Below the pieces are notes generated by a model that saw only the letters and a list, made by a program, of their open reading frames with translations, was not told the origin of the DNA and did not search any database. Of a DNA stretch of 32,000 nt, positions 28,046-32,000 are shown one piece after another (the stretch's first letter is position 1; the number at the start of each line of letters is the position of its first letter). Source of the stretch: Vibrio vulnificus CMCP6. GTDB taxonomy: Bacteria > Pseudomonadota > Gammaproteobacteria > Enterobacterales > Vibrionaceae. The translations under genes were made by a program, and so were the position numbers. The stretch spans positions 240,001-272,000 of the forward strand of contig NC_004459.3 of the NCBI RefSeq assembly GCF_000039765.1. Reading direction: 5' to 3'.

Positions 28046-29938
28046 ATGATGAGAAAACGCCGAACCACGATACGAGATTACCAAGCCGAAGCACGGTTGT
28101 TTGCCAATCGTGCTCTGGTGTCTTTTTTCGGTATCGTCGCCTTAATGGGCGTTCTGGTGACCAACCTATACAACATTCAGGTCAACCAGTATCAAGATTA
28201 CAAAACCCGCTCGAATGACAACCGCATTAAAGTGGTGCCCATCGCACCAAATCGTGGCTTGATTTATGATCGCAACGGCGTGTTATTAGCGGAAAATAGA
28301 CCGGTTTTTGACTTGGAAATCACACCGGAAAAAGTCAAAAACATGGACGCCACGATTGCTCAGTTGCAAACCCTGTTTGAAATCACGCCAGAACAAATCG
28401 AACGTTTCCATCGCGAGCGAAAACGCACGCGCCGCTTCAAATCGGTCCCGATTCTCAGTCAACTTACAGAAAAACAAGTCGCAGTATTCTCTGTGAACCA
28501 ATACCGTTTTCCTGGCGTTGAAGTGTCTGGCACATTGAAGCGCTACTACCCTTATGGCGAAATTCTCACTCATGTGATTGGCTACGTATCACGCATCAAC
28601 GATCGAGACATGCAACGGCTGAGTGATGAAGGTAAAGAAGCCAACTATCAAGCAACACGCGACATCGGCAAGCTTGGCATTGAGAAGTTTTACGAAGACA
28701 TGCTCCACGGAACGGCAGGCTACCAAGAAGTCGAGGTCAACAGCCGTGGGCGGGTCATCCGCACCCTCAAATTTGTTCCGCCAGTGCCTGGCAAAGATAT
28801 TGTGTTGAACATTGATATCAAACTGCAAACCTATGTTCATCAGTTGCTCGACGGTAGACGAGGCAGTGCGATCGTACTGGATCCGAAAGACAATGGCATT
28901 TTGGCCATGGTATCGAGCCCAAGTTATGACCCCAATGCGTTCGTCCACGGTATTTCAGGCAAAGGTTACAGCGATCTTCTTAACGACAAAAACCGCCCGT
29001 TGGTAAACCGTTCGACGCTGGGGATTTACCCCCCCGCTTCGACCGTCAAACCCTTTATCGCCGTCTCTGCATTGCAAGAAGGTGTGGTAACACCAAACAC
29101 AACCAGAAACGATCCTGGTTATTGGCGCATCCCCAACTCCGATACACGTCCCTTCCGTGACTGGCTGCGTTGGGGACATGGTCGAGTGAACTTGGTGCAA
29201 TCCATTGAAGAATCGGTCGATACCTTCTTCTACCAAATCGCTTACGACTTGGGCATTGATCGTCTTTCCAATTGGATGAGCATGTTTGGTTTTGGTGACT
29301 ACACCGGCATCGATATCTTTGAAGAAAGCAAAGCCAACATGCCAACACGCGATTGGAAAATGTCTCGTCATAAAACACCTTGGTACAAAGGCGACACCAT
29401 TCCTGTTGGTATTGGCCAAGGTTACTGGACAGCAACACCAATGCAACTTGCGAAAGCCACTTCTGTATTAGTTAACGAAGGAAACGTGACCGCACCGCAT
29501 TTATTGCGTGCGACGATTGAAAACGGTGAAGCGTTTGACAACCGAGTGTTGTCGGATTACGTCACTTACCCCCCCATTCAAAACGTACCAGACAAATACT
29601 GGAACCTCGCCAAAGAAGGGATGCGCTTGGTTAACCATGGCAAGAAAGGCACCGCGCGACGCTCATTTACCGGTATGTCTTACATGACCGCAGGTAAATC
29701 AGGCACAGCGCAGGTTTTTGGCTTGGCAGAAGACCAAGAATACAACGCCGATGAGCTGGCCGAGCACTTACGCGACCACGCTCTCTTTACTGGCTTTGCG
29801 CCATTTGACGATCCCAAAATCATCGTCACTATAGTGTTAGAAAACGCCGGCGGCGGCTCCTCCAATGGTGCTCCTGTCGCAAGACGTATTTTTGATAAAG
29901 TGTTACTCGATAAAGACAGTGACGAGGTCAAACACTGA
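28046..29938 (+). CDS. mrdA: Penicillin-binding protein 2 (elongasome transpeptidase)
   Basis: 630 aa with an N-terminal TM segment. Shares [18 protein letters not shown] with E. coli PBP2. Motifs SxxK (STVKP) and KSG (KSGTA) are present. Confidence 0.96.
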   Translation: MMRKRRTTIRDYQAEARLFANRALVSFFGIVALMGVLVTNLYNIQVNQYQDYKTRSNDNRIKVVPIAPNRGLIYDRNGVLLAENRPVFDLEITPEKVKNMDATIAQLQTLFEITPEQIERFHRERKRTRRFKSVPILSQLTEKQVAVFSVNQYRFPGVEVSGTLKRYYPYGEILTHVIGYVSRINDRDMQRLSDEGKEANYQATRDIGKLGIEKFYEDMLHGTAGYQEVEVNSRGRVIRTLKFVPPVPGKDIVLNIDIKLQTYVHQLLDGRRGSAIVLDPKDNGILAMVSSPSYDPNAFVHGISGKGYSDLLNDKNRPLVNRSTLGIYPPASTVKPFIAVSALQEGVVTPNTTRNDPGYWRIPNSDTRPFRDWLRWGHGRVNLVQSIEESVDTFFYQIAYDLGIDRLSNWMSMFGFGDYTGIDIFEESKANMPTRDWKMSRHKTPWYKGDTIPVGIGQGYWTATPMQLAKATSVLVNEGNVTAPHLLRATIENGEAFDNRVLSDYVTYPPIQNVPDKYWNLAKEGMRLVNHGKKGTARRSFTGMSYMTAGKSGTAQVFGLAEDQEYNADELAEHLRDHALFTGFAPFDDPKIIVTIVLENAGGGSSNGAPVARRIFDKVLLDKDSDEVKH

Positions 29939-31059
29939 TGAAACTCGATCCAGCAACCGGAAAGAATCGCGCTCTGTTTGAGCGATTTCATATCGACCTG
30001 CCACTTCTTCTAGGCATTTTGGCCCTGATGGGGTTTGGCTTAGTTGTGATGTACAGTGCCAGCGGGCAAAGTTTGGCGATGATGGATCGCCAAGCGATGC
30101 GCATGGCACTCTCTATCGTGGTGATGCTCGTGTTAGCGCAAATTTCACCACGCACCTACGAATCGTTAGCCCCTTTAATGTTTGTTGGCGGCGTAATCCT
30201 TCTTCTTGGCGTACTCTTTTTCGGTGAAGCGTCAAAAGGAGCTCAACGCTGGTTGAATCTTGGTTTCGTCCGCTTTCAGCCCTCAGAGCTGCTTAAACTG
30301 GCGGTACCATTAATGGTAGCGCGCTTCATTGGTAAACGGCCGCTGCCTCCCACCTTCCAAACCTTGTGTATCGCATTGGTGATGGTGTTCATTCCGACCA
30401 TTTTGATCGCCAAACAACCTGACCTCGGCACTTCGATTCTGATTGCGGCCTCGGGTATTTTCGTTATCTTCTTAGCGGGGATCAGCTGGCGCATTATTGG
30501 TGCGGCAGCGGTGGCGTTAGCCGCATTTATCCCAATTTTGTGGTTCTTCTTGATGCGCGAGTATCAGAAAGTGCGTGTCAGGACCCTTTTTAATCCTGAG
30601 TCAGATCCTCTTGGTGCGGGCTATCATATTATTCAGAGTAAAATCGCCATCGGTTCTGGCGGCATATCTGGTAAGGGCTGGCTGCAAGGGACACAGTCTC
30701 AACTCGAATTTCTTCCTGAGCGACATACCGACTTCATCTTTGCGGTGATTGCCGAAGAATGGGGCATGATTGGCTTCTTACTGCTGCTGTCGCTGTACCT
30801 ATTCATCATCGGTCGTGGGCTTTACTTAGCGTCTCAAGCACAAACGGCGTTTGGCCGTATGATGGCAGGCAGTGTTGTGTTGAGCTTTTTCGTTTACATC
30901 TTTGTTAACATCGGCATGGTCAGCGGTATCTTGCCCGTTGTGGGGGTACCACTGCCACTCATCAGTTATGGCGGTACTTCCATGGTGACCTTGATGGCGG
31001 GCTTCGGTATTCTGATGTCTATCCATACTCACCGTAAAGCATTCTCAAAGGCAAATTAA
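29938..31059 (+). CDS. rodA: SEDS-family peptidoglycan glycosyltransferase RodA
   Basis: 373 aa, polytopic membrane protein. Its ATG overlaps the mrdA stop (TGATG). The mrdA-rodA pairing is conserved. Confidence 0.95.
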   Translation: MKLDPATGKNRALFERFHIDLPLLLGILALMGFGLVVMYSASGQSLAMMDRQAMRMALSIVVMLVLAQISPRTYESLAPLMFVGGVILLLGVLFFGEASKGAQRWLNLGFVRFQPSELLKLAVPLMVARFIGKRPLPPTFQTLCIALVMVFIPTILIAKQPDLGTSILIAASGIFVIFLAGISWRIIGAAAVALAAFIPILWFFLMREYQKVRVRTLFNPESDPLGAGYHIIQSKIAIGSGGISGKGWLQGTQSQLEFLPERHTDFIFAVIAEEWGMIGFLLLLSLYLFIIGRGLYLASQAQTAFGRMMAGSVVLSFFVYIFVNIGMVSGILPVVGVPLPLISYGGTSMVTLMAGFGILMSIHTHRKAFSKAN

Positions 31060-31853
31060 TGAATAAATCCATTGTTATCTTCAGTTTACTTTGCGGCGCG
31101 TCGCTTTTAGCGGGCTGTAGCTCTAAACCTGAGGGGCGCTATAGCCTAGAGTCAGATGTTGCACCTGACCAACCGATTTCCGTCGAGCATATCGAAGATG
31201 CCCACCCACGTTATGAGCCATACAGCTTAGGTGGAAACAAAGATTACACTTTGCGCGGTCAAGACTACAAAATTGTGCGCGATGTAAAAGGGTTTAAAGA
31301 GTCTGGTATTGCCTCTTGGTACGGTAAAAAATTCCAAGGCCATCTCACCTCAAATGGTGAAATCTACGATATGTACTCGATGACCGCAGCACATAAAACC
31401 TTGCCATTGCCAAGTTACGTGAAGGTGACCAACAAAGACAATGGCAAAAGCACCATTGTGCGGGTGAACGATCGTGGTCCTTTCCACGAAGGACGTATCA
31501 TTGACCTGAGCTACGCCGCCGCTTACAAACTGGATGTACTAAAAACGGGCACCGCCAATGTGGAAATTGAAGTATTGAACTTTGAACCACCAACCGATGC
31601 TAAAGCGCTGGAAAATCATCCCAAATATTTCATTCAAGTATTAAGTTCAAAATCTGCCGAACGAGCGAGAACTTTAGGACAAGATCTTGGTCAAAGCCTG
31701 AATGTAGACTCTTTCTTAGAAAGCACCGACGATACACATCGTCTCATGTTGGGGCCATTTACTGACTTTACGCTGACGCAACAGATCTTGGATCAGGTTA
31801 AGTTGGCGGGTCATGAAAGCGCCTTCATCAGAAAGCGAGCCATAACTCGTTGA
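31059..31853 (+). CDS. rlpA: Septal-ring lytic transglycosylase RlpA (DPBB plus SPOR domains), lipoprotein
   Basis: Lipobox LAGC, DPBB block ASWYGKKFQGHLTSNGEIYD, and a C-terminal SPOR-like region. Its ATG overlaps the rodA stop (TAATG). Confidence 0.92.
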   Translation: MNKSIVIFSLLCGASLLAGCSSKPEGRYSLESDVAPDQPISVEHIEDAHPRYEPYSLGGNKDYTLRGQDYKIVRDVKGFKESGIASWYGKKFQGHLTSNGEIYDMYSMTAAHKTLPLPSYVKVTNKDNGKSTIVRVNDRGPFHEGRIIDLSYAAAYKLDVLKTGTANVEIEVLNFEPPTDAKALENHPKYFIQVLSSKSAERARTLGQDLGQSLNVDSFLESTDDTHRLMLGPFTDFTLTQQILDQVKLAGHESAFIRKRAITR

Positions 31854-31945
31854 CAACTGACACGACACTTTCTAGTGTTAGACGCTCTGACTTACAGTGC
31901 GAATCTGTTAAGATATGGACAATTAACCAAAAAAATTGAATTACC

Positions 31946-32000
31946 ATGAACAAAACAACAAAAATTGTGAAATCCACTCTCGTTTCTTCCCTTGCACTTT
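31946..32000 (+). CDS. dacA: 5' end of a secreted protein, probably D-alanyl-D-alanine carboxypeptidase (PBP5/DacA), truncated by the window edge
   Basis: ATG 31946 opens MNKTTKIVKSTLVSSLAL..., which looks like a signal peptide. The identity rests only on rlpA-dacA synteny in E. coli; just 18 codons are visible. Confidence 0.4.
   Translation, partial: MNKTTKIVKSTLVSSLAL

Noticed and set aside
28955-29446. 163-aa and 128-aa antisense ORFs opposite mrdA
   Set aside because: These are shadow ORFs inside a strongly supported PBP2 gene. They have no start context or domain signatures.

Overview
This looks like a core-genome window from a Vibrio-like gammaproteobacterium. That call rests on gene order and on my recollection of Vibrionaceae and E. 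coli protein sequences, and no search was possible. I count 30 protein-coding genes, two of them cut by the window edges, and all have recognisable housekeeping roles. Left block: ybaK, ushA, then kdsA-sirB1-sirB2-prmC-prfA-hemA on the minus strand, and lolB-ispE-prs-pth-ychF on the plus strand. Centre: a 1.8-kb array of 15 tRNA genes (3 Met-CAU, 7 Leu-UAG, 5 Gln-UUG) with a strong stable-RNA-type promoter and its own terminator. Right block: ubiF (minus), miaB-ybeZ-ybeY-corC-lnt, ybeL (minus), then leuS-lptE-holA-rsfS-rlmH-mrdA-rodA-rlpA and the first codons of a dacA-like gene. Several ORF-track starts are over-extended; I re-set them using homolog N-termini, RBS spacing, lipoboxes and terminator positions. 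I see no mobile elements, CRISPR, defence, toxin or secretion genes, and I do not find a convincing novel multi-gene system. The points most worth a second look: (1) the amplified tRNA array, including one Leu copy with a broken anticodon-stem pair, covarying spacer hairpins and a possible internal promoter; (2) near-consensus PurR and CRP boxes 41 bp apart upstream of ushA; (3) a 185-bp leuS-lptE spacer with three stem-loops, one a perfect 15-bp inverted repeat; (4) a perfect 8-1-8 palindrome in the miaB leader. All regulatory calls are sequence-pattern inferences.
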